Shown here in pieces: positions 1-13,924 of a stretch of DNA of 64,000 nucleotides (positions are counted from its first letter, which is position 1; the number at the start of each line of letters is the position of its first letter). The position numbers and the translations under genes are program-made. Origin of the DNA: Pecten maximus. Its lineage: Eukaryota. Location: assembly GCF_902652985.1 (NCBI RefSeq), contig NC_047015.1, positions 47,244,001 to 47,308,000 on the forward strand, written 5' to 3'. The notes beneath the pieces are model-generated. The model had not been told where the DNA came from, did no database searches, and saw nothing but the letters and a program-made list of their open reading frames with translations.

Positions 1-3000
1 CTAGTTTTACATACACTAAATGTACCAGACATCACATACCTACCTAGTTCTACATACACTAAATGTACCACACATCACGTACCTACCTAGTTCTACATAC
101 ACTAAATGTACAATACATCACATACCTACAGATCTACATACACTAAATGTATCACACATCACATACCTACAGTTCTACATACACTAAATGTACCATACAT
201 CACATACCTACCTAGTTCTACATACACTAAATGTACCATACATCACAAACCTACCTAGTTCTACATACACTAAATGTACCATACATCACATACATACAGT
301 TCTACATACACTAAATGTACCATACATCACATACCTACCTAGTTATACCTACACTAAATGTACCATACATCACATACCTACTTAGTTCTACATACACTAA
401 ATGTACCATACATCACATACCTACCTAGTTCTACATACACTAAATGTACCACACATCACATACACAGTTCTACATACACTAAATGTACCATACATCACAT
501 ACCTACAGTTCTACATACACTAGATGTACCACACATCACATACCTACCTAGTTATACCTACACTAAATGTACCATACATCACATACCTACCTAGTTATAC
601 CTACACTTAATGTACCATACATCACATACCTACCTAGTTCTACATACACTAAATGTACCATACATCACATACCTACAGTTCTACATACACTAAATGTACC
701 ATACATCACATACCTACCTAGTTCTACATACACTAAATGTACCTTACATCACATACCTACCTTGTTCTACATACATTAAATGTACCATACATCACGTACA
801 GTTCTACATACACTAAATGTACCATACATCACATACCTACCTTGTTCTACATACATTAAATGTACCAGACATCACATACCTACCTAGTTCTACATACACT
901 AAATGTACCATACATCACATACCTACCTAGTTCTACGTACACTAAATGTACCACACATCACATACCTACCTAGTTATACCTACACTAAATGTACCTTACA
1001 TCACATACCTATAGCTCTACATACACTAAATGTATCAGACATCACATACCTACAGTTCTACATACACTAAATGTACCATACATCACATATCTACAGTTCT
1101 ACATCCACTAAATGTACCATACATCACATACCTAACCTAGTTCTACATACACTAAATGTACCATACATCACATACCTACCTAGTTATACATACACTAAAT
1201 GTACCACACATCACATACCTACCTAGTTCTACATACACTAAATGTACCATACATCACATACCTACCTAGTTCTACATACACTAGATGTACCATACATCAC
1301 ATACCTACCTAGTTCTATATACACTAAATGTACCTTACATCACATACCTACCTAGTTCTACATACACTTAATGTACCATACATCACCTACCTAGTTCTAC
1401 ATACACTAAATGTACCATACATCACCTACCTAGTTCTACATACACTAAATGTACCATACATCACATACCTACCTAGTTATACATACACTAAATGTACCTT
1501 ACATCACATACCTACCTAGTTCTACATACACTTAATGTACCATACATCACCTACCTAGTTCTACATACACTAAATGTACCATACATCACCTACCTAGTTC
1601 TACATACACTAAATGTACCATACATCACATACCTACCTAGTTATACATACACTAAATGTACCATACATCACATACCTACCTAGTTCTACATACACTAAAT
1701 GTACCATACATCACATACCTACCTTGTTCTACGTACACTAAATGTACCATACATCACATACCTACCTTGTTCTACGTACACTAAATGTACCACATATCAC
1801 ATACCTACAGTTCTACATACACTAAATGTACCTTACATCACATACCTAGTTCTACATACACTAAATGTACCACACATCACATACCTACCTAGTTCTACGT
1901 ACACTAAATGTACCATACATCACATACCTAACCTAGTTCTACATACACTAAATGTACCATACATCACATACCTACCTAGTTATACATATACTAAATGTAC
2001 CATACATCACATACCTACCTAGTTCTACATACACTAAATGTACCAGACATCACCTACCTACAGTTCTACATACACTAAATGTACCATACATCACATACCT
2101 ACCTAGTTATACCTACACTAAATGTACCACACATCACATACCTACCTAGTTCTACATACACTAAATGTACCATACATCACATACCTACCTAGTTCTACAT
2201 ACACTAAATGTACCATACATCACATACCTACCTAGTTATACATACACTAAATGTACCATACATCACATACCTACCTAGTTCTACATACACTAAATGTATC
2301 ATACATCACGTACAGTTCTACATACACTAAATGTACCATACATCACATACCTACCTAGTTCTACATACACTAAATGTACCATACATCACATACCTACCTA
2401 GTTCTACATACACTAAATGTACCATACATCACGTACAGTTCTACATACACTAAATGTACCATACATCACATACCTACCTAGTTCTACATACACTAAATGT
2501 ACCATACATCACATACCTAGTTATACATACACTAAATGTACCATACATCACATACCTACCTAGTTCTACATACACTAAATGTACCATACATCACGTACAG
2601 TTCTACATACACTAAATGTACCATACATCACATACCTACCTAGTTCTACATACACTAAATGTACCAGACATCACCTACCTACCTAGTTCTACATACACTA
2701 AATGTACCACACATCACATACATACAGTTCTACATACACTAAATGTACCACACATCACATACATACCTAGTTCTACATACACTAAATGTACCACACATCA
2801 CATACCTACAGTTCTACATACACTAAATGTACCATACATCACATACCTACAGTTATACATTCACTAAATGTACCATACATCACATACATACCTACAGTTC
2901 TACATACACTAAATGTACCATACATCACATACCTACCTAGTTCTACATACACTAAATGTACCACACATCACATACATACAGTTCTACATACACTAAATGT

Positions 3001-3766
3001 ACCACACATCACATACATACCTAGTTCTACATACACTAAATGTACCTTACATCACATACCTAGTTCTACATACACTAAATGTACCATACATCACATACCT
3101 ACCTAGTTCTACATACACTAAATGTACCATACATCACATACCTACCTAGTTCTACATACACTAAATGTACCATACATCCCATACCTACAGTTCTACATAC
3201 ACTAAATGTACCATACATCACATACCTACAGTTCTACATACACTAAATGTACCACACATCACATACCTACCTAGTTCTACATACACTAAATGTACCTTAC
3301 ATCACATACCTATAGCTCTACATACACTAAATGTACCAGACATCACATACCTACCAAGTTCTATACATACACTAAATGTACCATACATCACATACCTGCC
3401 TAGTTCTACATACACTAAATGTACCATACATCACATACCTACCTAGTTCTACATACACTAAATGTACCAGACATCACATACCTGCCTAGTTCTACATACA
3501 CTAAATGTACCATACATCACATACCTACCTAGTTCTACATACACTAAATGTACCACACATCACATACCTACAGTTCTACATACACTAAATGTACCATACA
3601 TCACATACCTACCTAGTTCTACATACACTAAATGTACCATACATCACATACCTACTTAGTTCTACATACACTAAATGTACCATACATCACATACCTACCT
3701 AGTTCTACATACACTAAATGTACCACACATTGCATGCCTACCTAGTTCCACATACACTAAATGTAC
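1..3766. repeat. Tandem satellite, ~43-bp unit (39-43 bp variants), running off the 5' end of the window
   Basis: Consensus CTAGTTCTACATACACTAAATGTACCATACATCACATACCTAC repeated about 90 times, with length variants in the (TACC)n part. The ORFs at 188-3659 are translations of this repeat. Confidence 0.98.
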
Positions 3767-4909
3767 CCAAATTAAAAACCTATAAGCTCAACATTCGTGT
3801 ACCAGTTCATTCTGTTCTCTATCAAGAGCAAATATACATCTCAAGTTTTGAATAACTCGATGAATGAACTAAAAGTGGAGATATTTAGTTTAGTAAACGG
3901 TTGTAAAGTTCCCTCAGTTTCTCGGCAACTACCAGGCATGTCTTGTGCACGCACGAAATTGCAAAAGTAATTTTATATGCAAAACAGCCTGCAGCGTTAG
4001 ATGAGCACATGCTTGCATGGTGCTGGTTATTTTGGAAGTACGTAAAGTAAATACGGACATTTATCAATTTTTCAGTAATGAAGGCTACTGTGGGTTGGTT
4101 GTGGAGAGCACTAAGCTGGTATCCCCTGGGTAAGATGTCTGACGGTAGCTTCACAGCTGTAGTCGTACCAGTGACGACCAAATACATGCTGTGCTATTAA
4201 GCATTACTGTAATTTGATCATCATTATTTGGTTGTTATTTAATTAAATATGGACGATATATAATCCCCTGACCCAATGACCGTAATACGCAACTAAATAA
4301 TGCCGTTAAGACAAGCGGGAGCAGCGAGAAGCCCAGATCTTCGAGAGACGGCGAGAAACCGACAATTGCAATCATGGGCCAATATTCGATAACAGGCGAT
4401 GCATATGACGTACCATTTAAAGCTTAAACATCCTACACGGTCGAGGTAATATCTCGAGTATAAATCAAACACTGAATATCTTACAGTTATTGATGTGTTT
4501 ATAAAGGGAATAATACTATCGATGTTTTATAGCACGTAATTGTCTTGTTTTCGAACTGGTGATCAAACATAACTACTGATGAAGTGGGAAGACTCCGATA
4601 CCCGGGCTCACAAGCAGCAACACCATACATCAAACATACAGCGCTTTGGAATCCCATTGTAATTAAAAAAAGAACATAACTTTGCCATTTGGGTAAACAC
4701 GTTGGGATTCATAGCTTGGCGTGTATATATATGTAAGGTACATTGAGGTTGTCATGCATATAGAATGTATTGTCAACTTAATGTGTTGGCGTTCGTGACA
4801 CTGGCCACAGGTCAGTATATAGGCAAAGAGCTAACACATCTTGTCAGTTCTGATGTATCCAGTGTGCTAAAAAAGGCTAAGTCGTCTCAAGATATGATCA
4901 TCGCAGAAG

Positions 4910-6735
4910 ATAGGTCAGTGAGCCAAAAACGAAGACATTTATAGGTCAGTGAACTCAAAAACTGCCATTCCTAATGAAGGTCAGTAAGCTTAAAAACTAT
5001 GTCATTCCTAATGTAGGTCAGTGAGCTTAAAAACTTTGTCATTTCCCATGTAGGTACGTGTAAGTGACCTAACAGAAGTCATTTCTAATGTAGGTCAGTG
5101 AACTTAAAACGAAATAATTTCTAATGTAAGTCAGTGAGCTTAAAATCTATATCATTCCTCATGCAGGTCAGTGAGCTTAAAACTGTGATTCCTAAAATAT
5201 AGGCCAGTAAGCTCAAAAACTCTGAATTATAATGTCAGGTAAGTGAGTTTAAAACGAAGTCATTTCTAATGTAGGTCAGAGAGTTCGAAATCTGCCAATG
5301 CTAATGTAGGTTAATTAGTGAGCTCAAAATCTGCCAATTCCAATGTTGGTCAATTTGCTCCAAAACTACGTCATTCCTTGTGTAGGTCAGTGAGCTCAAA
5401 ATCTGTCAATCCTAATATAGTGCAGTGTTCTTAAAACTAAGTCATTTCTAATGAAGGTTATTGTTATTGTAAGTCAGTGACCTTGAAAACTACCAATCCT
5501 AATGTAGGTCAGTGAACTTAAAAACTGTGTCATTCCTGATGTAGGTCAGTGAGCTCAAAAACTGTCAATCCTAATGTAGGTCAGTGAACTTTAAAACTGT
5601 GTCATTCCTGATGTAGGTCAGTAAGCTCAAAAACTGTCAATCCCAATGTAGGTCAGTGATTTTAAAACGAAATCATTTCTAATGTTGGTCAGCGAGCTTT
5701 AAACTATGTCATTCCTTATGTAGGTCAGTGAGCTCAAACACTGTAAATCCTAATGTAGTTCAGTGATCTTAAAACGAAGTCATTTCTAATGAAGGTTAGT
5801 AAGCTAAAAAACTATTTATTTCCTCATGTATATCAGTGAGCTTAAAAACTAAATTATTCCTCATGTAGGTCAGTGAACTCAAAACCTGTCAATCCTAATA
5901 TAGGACAGTGATCTTAAAACGAAGTCATTTCTAAAGAAGGTTAGTAAGCTAAAAAACTATTTATTTCCTCATGTATATCAGTGAGCTTAAAAACTATATT
6001 ATTCCTCATGTAGGTCAGTAAGCTCAAAAACTGTCAATCCTAATGTAGGTCATTAAGGCCAAAACTGTTAATTCTTATGTAGGTCATTAAGCTTAAAAAC
6101 AAAGTCATTTCTAATGTAAGTCAGTGACCTTGAAAACTGCCAATCCTAATGTAGGTCAGTGAACTTAAAACTGTGTCATTCCTGATGTAGGTCAGTGAGC
6201 TCAAAAACTGTCAATCCTAATGTAGGTCAGTAAGCTTAAAACGAAGTCATTTCTGATGTAGGTCAGTGAGCTTCAAAACTGCCTACCCTTATGTAGGTCA
6301 GTGACCTTAAAGATGTCATTCCTTTTGTAGGTCAACGAGTTCAAAAACTGCCAATCTTATTGTAGGTCAGTGAGATTAAAACTGTCATTCCTTTTGTCGA
6401 TCGTTGAGCTCAAAAACTATACCATTCCTTATTTAGTTCATTGAGCTCAAAAACTGTCAAAAATAATGTCGGTCAGTGAGCTTTAAAACTTGTATTCCTA
6501 ATTAAGGTTAGAGTGTTTAAATAGTTGCCATTCCTAATGTAGGTCAGTGACCTTGAAAACTGCCAAACCTAATGTAGGTCAGTAAGCTTAAAAGCGAAGA
6601 CATCCTCATGTAGGTCAGTGAGCTTAAAAACGAAATCATTTCTAATGTGGGCCAATAATCTAAACAAAAACATATAATTTTTCATGTAGGTCAGTGAGCT
6701 CAAAAACGATGTCACTCCTTATGTAGGTAAATGAA
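4910..6735. repeat. Diverged tandem satellite, 35-37-bp unit containing TAATGTAGGTCAGTGA(G/A/C)CT
   Basis: Units such as GTAGGTCAGTGAACTTAAAAACTGTGTCATTCCTGAT (37 bp) and GTAGGTCAGTGAGCTCAAAAACTGTCAATCCTAAT (35 bp); about 50 copies. A multi-unit block at ~5760-5900 is re-duplicated at ~5905-6040. Confidence 0.95.
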
Positions 6736-8087
6736 CACAAAACTGATGTCACTTATAACGATATGCCAGCAAAACTTTACCGCATGTTTAACATATAGGT
6801 GGACCATGGGCCAGTGAACTCAAAGACTGTGTGCCTTGTGCGAGTTTCCATCTGGAGAACAAATAAAATAGTCTACATCCTCGAGGTGGTAACTAACATT
6901 TAAATCACAAATCATGCTATATAAAAAATAAAAACGCTCCATTGTAAACTATTTACCTCCCATAGGAACGTGTATATGACCATAGCGTGTTTTAGAAACG
7001 TTATTTCATTTCGCGTTATAAACCCAGCACATACTTTCAAATCCAGATAAAATGAAATCCGATTTTTGTCTGAGTTTACGATACGAGAGCCGCAGCTCGC
7101 ACCTGTTGTTTAGACACGGTGTGCTATATAATTTGTATCCTTGGTAGACTTTTAACCAGCGATATCGATCGATTCCACTAGACATTTCCCCGAAATATCG
7201 GTTACTCGCGTTAAATTCCACTCCCGTTCGCGAAACGCATAGCAGCTTTCAAACTGTATTACATTTCACTATCGTGAAAAACATACACATATGGCATCTA
7301 TATCATGGAGTCAACTCGATACCCCCAAAAACATTTATCATAGTTATTATCTAATGAACATCAATATATTAAGCACTTAACCATCAATATCATTAACAGA
7401 TTACCATGCATACTATATTTGTTAAAAATGAAACCGTGCAGTGTTACTGAGCAAGCCGCCACGCAAACCAATTGAGCAAATATCATTTTGGTCAATAAAT
7501 CATTGATAAAATGCCTAATGAAATTGATAATAAAAGGTTTTCATCACTGAATGAAAATATACTTTGGTTGAATAAGCGGTCCTGAATGGCAACCATGAAA
7601 CTTGCAGAACAATTAAAATGTACAGGTCGAGTACAAAAGCAGTGATGATTCTTCTAATTCGGAGATGTACTTCCTATCTTTCGGCTTGATTTCCAGAAAC
7701 AAAAGTGCTATGACATATGTAATACGGAATTTACCATTACTGATTGTACCTGAATCTGACTGCACGTGGAGAATTAATTCTACTTCTCTGTGGTGTCTCG
7801 CGCCACGCGGACGATTGAGTGCACGGCCTGGGCGCGTATCGGGTCACGTGCTGTGTCAGACGGGAAGAGTACAATGTTACAAGTACATGTAAACGCCTTT
7901 ACATGCTATTCAGATCACAAAACTGAGATAAGAACTGGTTTAGACTTTTATATTTATTATTGTTTGTGATTTTTAGAAGAAAAAATATGCCTTAACCTCG
8001 CGGAAATCTAAAAATATAATCACTGACCCACAAACCTTGCTATGGTATTCATATAACATATAAATGATAGTCCTTTGCAGGTAAACT

Positions 8088-8307
8088 TTTGGTTTGTTTT
8101 TGTTTAACGTCCTATTAACAGCCAGGGTCATTTAAGGACGTTCCAGGGTTTTGGAGGTGGAGGAAAGCCGGAGTACCCGCAGAAAAACCACCGGCCTACG
8201 GTCAGTACCTGGCAACTGCCCCACGAAGGTTTCGAACTCGCAACCCAGAGGTGGAGGGGTTGTGTTAAAGTGTCGGGACACCTTAACCACTCGGCCACCG
8301 CGGCCCC
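8088..8307 (-). mobile_element. tRNA-derived V-domain SINE, full length, with TSD
   Basis: Minus strand reads GGGGCCGCGG-TGGCCGAGTGG (A box) ... GAGTTCGAAAC (B box) ... GGTGGTTTTTCTGCGGGTACTCCGGCTTTCCTCCAC (V-SINE core-like) ... tail CTGTTAATAGGACGTTAAAC followed by an A-rich end. It is flanked by a 12-bp TSD with 1 mismatch: TGCAGGTAAACT (8076-8087) and TGCAAGTAAACT (8308-8319). Confidence 0.9.
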
Positions 8308-9859
8308 TGCAAGTAAACTACTACAAATACAAAAGCAGTGTTACTTCTAAAGAATCCCAAAATATTTAAAAGACACTAATCGCCATAATGTTGTTGTAAT
8401 TTATGCCCAATCCTATTGCTGTAATCTTTGGTAATAAATAGTTGAATTATTTCTAATCGTCTTAGTATGCAAATAAAAAAAAGTGGCTTGGCATGTAATT
8501 TGTTCGACTATAGGAATTATTTATTACCCAGATTACCCGACATTACTAAAGGCCCATCGTTTTTATCTTTTCCTTCAGCCTCGTTTTCGCCACCGGTAGG
8601 CTTTCCTCGTTGTACTAATTATCCATGTTGATTAAACTTCAGATTTATACGTCTAAGTAATTCACAGAAGACACTGTAAACCTGCCTTAATACCTCCATG
8701 AGAAATGGTCCGTAAAAATATACTGATGTCGCGAGCCGTGCGCTTCCATCAATCGCCATCGCGGCGACTTTGTTCGGACTTTGATGTTCGGACTTGTTGT
8801 TAAAGAATTATCTAAAACAATTTTATTAATAATTAGGTTATATTTATTGCAATATACGTTGAAAGGATCCAGGGAGTTCCCTAGATTGTTATATATTGCA
8901 TATGTATAATCTATTACGCAACAACGTTAACGGAAGTTGTTTTTGAGAAATATTTTACCAGCAAATGACGTCACATACTTTGACGATCAGCTATAGATAT
9001 CACAATGTTTGTATTTAATTTACATAGCAAATAGTTCAATATTCCATTGAACTCACGAACGCGTAGAAAAATATGTTGCTCCAAGCAGTTTACGAATTAT
9101 TTATATTTATTTATAACCCTCGTACTTGTGCTTAGGGGTTGTTTGTTTCGATCTAATGTTAACGTGGACGTTGTAAATACACACTTTGCAAAGTTCAGAA
9201 GTCATGGAACCGTTTTACACTGATAAATCTTGACGTTTTGACGTGGTGTTATAATAATCAGGACACGCACACTGACAGTATATATTACTGGTTAATAGCC
9301 ACAAAAGTTATTTGCTAATAATATCTATACGTTATCTAGAGAAGCTAAATTTAGAATTTGATATCTAAAGAGAATAGCTTTCGTTATTTTCGACCAGAAA
9401 TTGCCATTATTTAATTAGAAATCATTGAGACTCTTGACTACTTCCGGTTGTCTGTCGTCAGCAGAGTCGGGGAAATGCTTGAGGGGTATTAGCCTATCCT
9501 AAAGTATCAGTGTGCTAAAATCACAAAGATCAACAGACCGCCCCCTAATATTTACTTACACCAGAGTTTGTATTTGAATAGAAGGGTTGTTTCTTTTCCT
9601 CTTCATGTTCCACAGACAATTACTGTTTCCCGATGCTTTGAATCAAATACCAGTTCGTGTTGTGACGATTCTACATGTATATTCACAGATCATGTAGATG
9701 TATATATGTATTGTCCGTGCATGATGGATATGGCCATTGGTTATCTACATACTTTTGGAGTCTTATTTTCCCTCTTTTTCTAACTACATTCTAATATTTC
9801 CCTTCCCTCACTTTTTAGTCTTTAGTTGAACGTTCGTTCCTGTGAGGAAGGCTTCGAGT

Positions 9860-10180
9860 TATGTCCCTTGGCCGATACATGTTTCTCCTTTTTTGTGTTC
9901 AGCACTTCGGGAGTGGGACGACTAGTTTGCATTGCCCGATGTCAGTATAATGAGAGCGGTCGGGGTGTCCTGCTGAGTGTCTTTGGCAGTATGCTTAAGG
10001 GAGGTATAACGCTATGAATCGAAATCGTCATCAGAATCGCGCCATCGCAAGGAGACAAACACGAACAAACAGCAGTCACAAAACACACTCGCCACATGTA
10101 TGTATTTCGTACACAGGGGAAGCTGTCTTAATGTGAGCATAAAGCTTTTTATAGGATGTTAAACGATACAAAAGCAAACC
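9860..10180 (+). mobile_element. Degenerate 5'-truncated Meta-domain-type SINE
   Basis: Contains GGAGTGGGACGACTAGTTTG...GCCCGATGTCAGTATAATG...GGGGTGTCCTGCTGAGTGTCTTTGGCAGTATGCTT, which resembles the MetaSINE central domain as I recall it. The 3' tail ATAGGATGTTAAAC...AAAGCAAACC resembles the tail of the SINE at 8088-8307. Confidence 0.6.
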
Positions 10181-10671
10181 GACATGAACATAAACTAAAG
10201 AAATCAATTCTCTACAAAACACAAGGACCGATAACTCTGGGTAGATATTTTACATGTGACCAAGAAGGAGGTTGACAATTGCATGATACTGTTCCAGTAC
10301 CTTGACGGTATAAATATTATAGGTTTAAGAGATGGGTACTTTGATCTTCATTTAAACGAAAATAACATTGTTGTACTAAGCACATCAGATAAAATGTCTA
10401 GATTTGACACCATGGATTCGTACGTTGTTTTTGATGAACACGCCTAGTTATATAAACGATGGTCAGATGTTACCGCAATTTATATTCCTTTTTTGGTATG
10501 ACGTGCAAACTATGCTTTTTAGCACACCAACTAACCAATGTACCAACATACCATACAGTATAAGCACAACACGATTTGAATACTTTATTATAATGCACAG
10601 ACGTATTCCTACTGACTTTATCTCCGTCACGAGATATTTATCTTAGCCCTTGTGGCATGATATTAGACTTG

Positions 10672-11022
10672 TTTTAACCATAAACTTGTAAAACCATAGT
10701 TAACTCTTATAACCATAGTTAATTGTTATAACCATAGTTAACTCTTATAATCATAGTTAATTGTTATAACCATAGTTACCTCTTATAATCATAGTTAATT
10801 GTTATAATCATAGCTAACACTTATAATCATAGTTACTTGCTATAACCATAGTAAACTCATATAAGTATAGTTAATTGTTATAACTATAGTTAACTCTTAT
10901 AACCATAGTTAATTGTTATAACTATAGTTAACTCTTATAATCATAGTTAACTCTTATAAGTATAGTTAACTCGTATAAGTATAGTTAACTCTTATAACCA
11001 TACTTAACTTATGTAACCATAC
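10672..11022. repeat. 19-bp minisatellite with two partly alternating variants
   Basis: ACCATAGTTAACTCTTATA and ACCATAGTTAATTGTTATA, about 18 copies. Confidence 0.93.
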
Positions 11023-12054
11023 TGTTCTCGTATACCCATGGTTAAAGGGTTATTATCATAAAACGAATCTGTCAACAGAAAAGTGACTATTTCGACATAC
11101 TTAATCTAAGTATTCCGAGTATATTATATACATGTTGTATATACCAAATACAAATGTACATAATTGTATCCGAATGGCATTTAAGCGTATTTTCTGCTAA
11201 ATCAAAATAGAAATACTAAGAAAAATTAATTTCTGGTCCCAGACTAATCGATGATCATCTTGACTTCCGCCATCCCCAGCATTACATAATAATATTGTTT
11301 GGGTGTATTCTATACTTCCACATGTCATTAGGTACTTCACACTGCGTGGAAAATCAGTGTGGCCAGAGTTGACCTGTACTCTAGTATATATATGTATGTA
11401 GACATATATCTTTATTAGGCCAATGACAATATCGCCGAACATGTTTACTCGCCACTAAACCTACATTCTCGCCGCCTTCCCACTGACACGGAAGCAGATC
11501 GTATGTCATCCATGTTACCAATACGCTTATTTTCTTACAAATCATGGTTACGCAGTAATCCGTGTCATTAATATGAAACATCACTGCCTCACCTATTTAG
11601 TTGTGATGGGTTGAGTCTGTACACGACTGGAGTCTTCAGGTTCGGTTTACTCCAGGACGTCGGCGCCTATTTGCGACAAGGCGTCAAATATGTCTATATC
11701 TGTCGGCACTTCGCACCGAGTGTGTGTGTGATTGTGGTTTGCGGTGTGAACCTGTTGTATGTCAGCGGCGTGGTCAGGCGGAATCGGTATCGCCTTCTGT
11801 TTATAAATATAGACACACGCTCCACCCTCTACAAACATGACATAGACCAATATTCAAGAATTTGATATGATAATAATTAAAAGTATAAAATTCAAGGACA
11901 ACAACGTCATCATAGATGATAATAACGATCAATTGAGGCATTTTTTGTAATGACCATTGCATATCAAACAGGTATTACAATGTATTTCAGACAAGAATTT
12001 AAAGCATTAATCAAGACAAATACAGTATATGTAAACTGCATAAAATAGCTAAGA

Positions 12055-12690
12055 GTCACCATAGAGAGGGGATTTTGACCTATGTGATGTCTCTGTCGCT
12101 AAAGAGACAAAATTGGATCTGTTTGGTGTCTCCGTCACTATAGAGACGGGATATTATCTGTGTGATATCTATCGCTATGGAGACAGAATTTGGTAGGTTT
12201 GATGTCTTCGTTGCTATAGAGACATGATTTGATCTGTGTTATGTCTCCGTCGCCATAGAGACGGGATATTATCTGTGTGATATCTGTCGCTCTGGAGACA
12301 GAATTTGATCTGTTTGATGTCTTCGTTGCCATAGAGACATGATTTGATCTGTGTTGTGTCTCCGTCGCCATAGAGACAGGATTTGACCTGTGTTATGTCT
12401 CTGTTGCTATAGAGACACGATATGACCTGTGTTATGTCTCTGTTGCTATAGAGACACGATTTGACCTGTGTTATGTCTCTGTTGCTATAGAGACATGATT
12501 TGATCTTTGTTATGGCTCCGTCGCCATAGAGACATGGTTTGATCTGTGTTATGTTTCTGTTGCTATAGAAGCAGGCTTTGCTCTGTGTTGTGTCCCTGTC
12601 GCTATAGAGACATGAATTGTCCTTTATGCTGTCTCTGTCGCTGTAGAGACAGAATTTTGCCCTGTGTGCTATCTCAGTCGCCATATTGAT
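12055..12690. repeat. 39-bp minisatellite with an internal hairpin
   Basis: Unit CTATAGAGACATGATTTGATCTGTGTTATGTCTCTGTTG, about 16 copies. It accounts for the 13-aa periodic ORF at 12214-12801. Confidence 0.93.
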
Positions 12691-13924
12691 AGATATATCC
12701 CGTGTGGGGCTTGCCGCCATCATGCTCCATCCTTTCCAATATGTATCCCTATTTATAGACAGTATTTCCCCTGTTTTCTGTAAAACATTTCTGTACAACA
12801 CATTTTATTGCTCAGGCAGATTTTACGGGACACGAAAGTTGAAGTAATAACACATTTATTTGTTCAGACCTTAGTTTAAGTAAGATTTCGGAAATAAGTG
12901 TATTGATTCTTCCTTAAATCAAATACTGCATCTCTCTTATTCAAAACATTTCGTAATACGCCTGGGACGTGGTTTTGATTAGAAAGTACCTGAATAAATC
13001 AATCAAAACTTTACAATTCACAATAAAATGTTCTTGGATTCAGATACAAATACCCACAGCTGACTTTTGGAAAGTCAGTGTCTCCTTTAAGGAGGATGTG
13101 ATGTGCCCGGCTGGGCGAGTTCAAATCCTGGACAGAGGTACTAGTAAGAATTGTTTTAGATATTGTTTTGTAGTTTGAGTTAAATAAATACTTTCTTCAA
13201 CGAATTACGGTGCCATAGTGAATCATTTAAGAAAATCATAAAAGTGTCATAAAAAGTTAATGAGCCTCCGCATACCAGAGGAAAAGAACTTATAAGGGTG
13301 TGAATTAAGAAAACGCTATGTAACAGAAGCATGAGGGAACGCTTGAATTGAAATTAAATTTGTACAAGTTGAAAATAATAGTCCCACCTTCAGATATGAT
13401 AATGGTGTATTGATCACAGATATCTTGAACAGGAAATTAAACACTATAGTCATAGTGTGATAAGAAACAAGCAGAAACAACATACCAAGTGAAAACAACA
13501 AACATTTGACCATGAAAACACTATGAATACAGTATGAAAATATTGTTCCATGTGCTGATTTTCCACACATTACATCAGTTAAATATTAATACGCCTGAAA
13601 AAATACTCCCCGTTTCATTTCCGTAAATTGTATTTTCTTCGCCATCTATGTACATAAAATAATTATAATTTAACACGATTTATGGCATTTCGTGCTATTT
13701 GATGTCTTTTTGTTTTGAATAAAAACAAAACAAAAAACAAAAAGATCGACTGGAATTTGCGGAGCGGAAGGACACGGTAAAAGATAGTGCAAAGGCACCT
13801 GTGCAACTGGCTGTTCCATTAACTTTATAGCATCTTTTCATACATAGTTACCAAAAGATAAACCTTTTAAAATGACTCTGTTTTTAGTGGGTTTTTTTCC
13901 AATCACCCTAATGTAAATATATGA

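Noticed and set aside
8230-8307. tRNA gene-like A/B boxes (also at ~35428-35491 and ~40160-40222)
   Set aside because: These are SINE heads followed by V-domain cores and tails; I could not build a cloverleaf.
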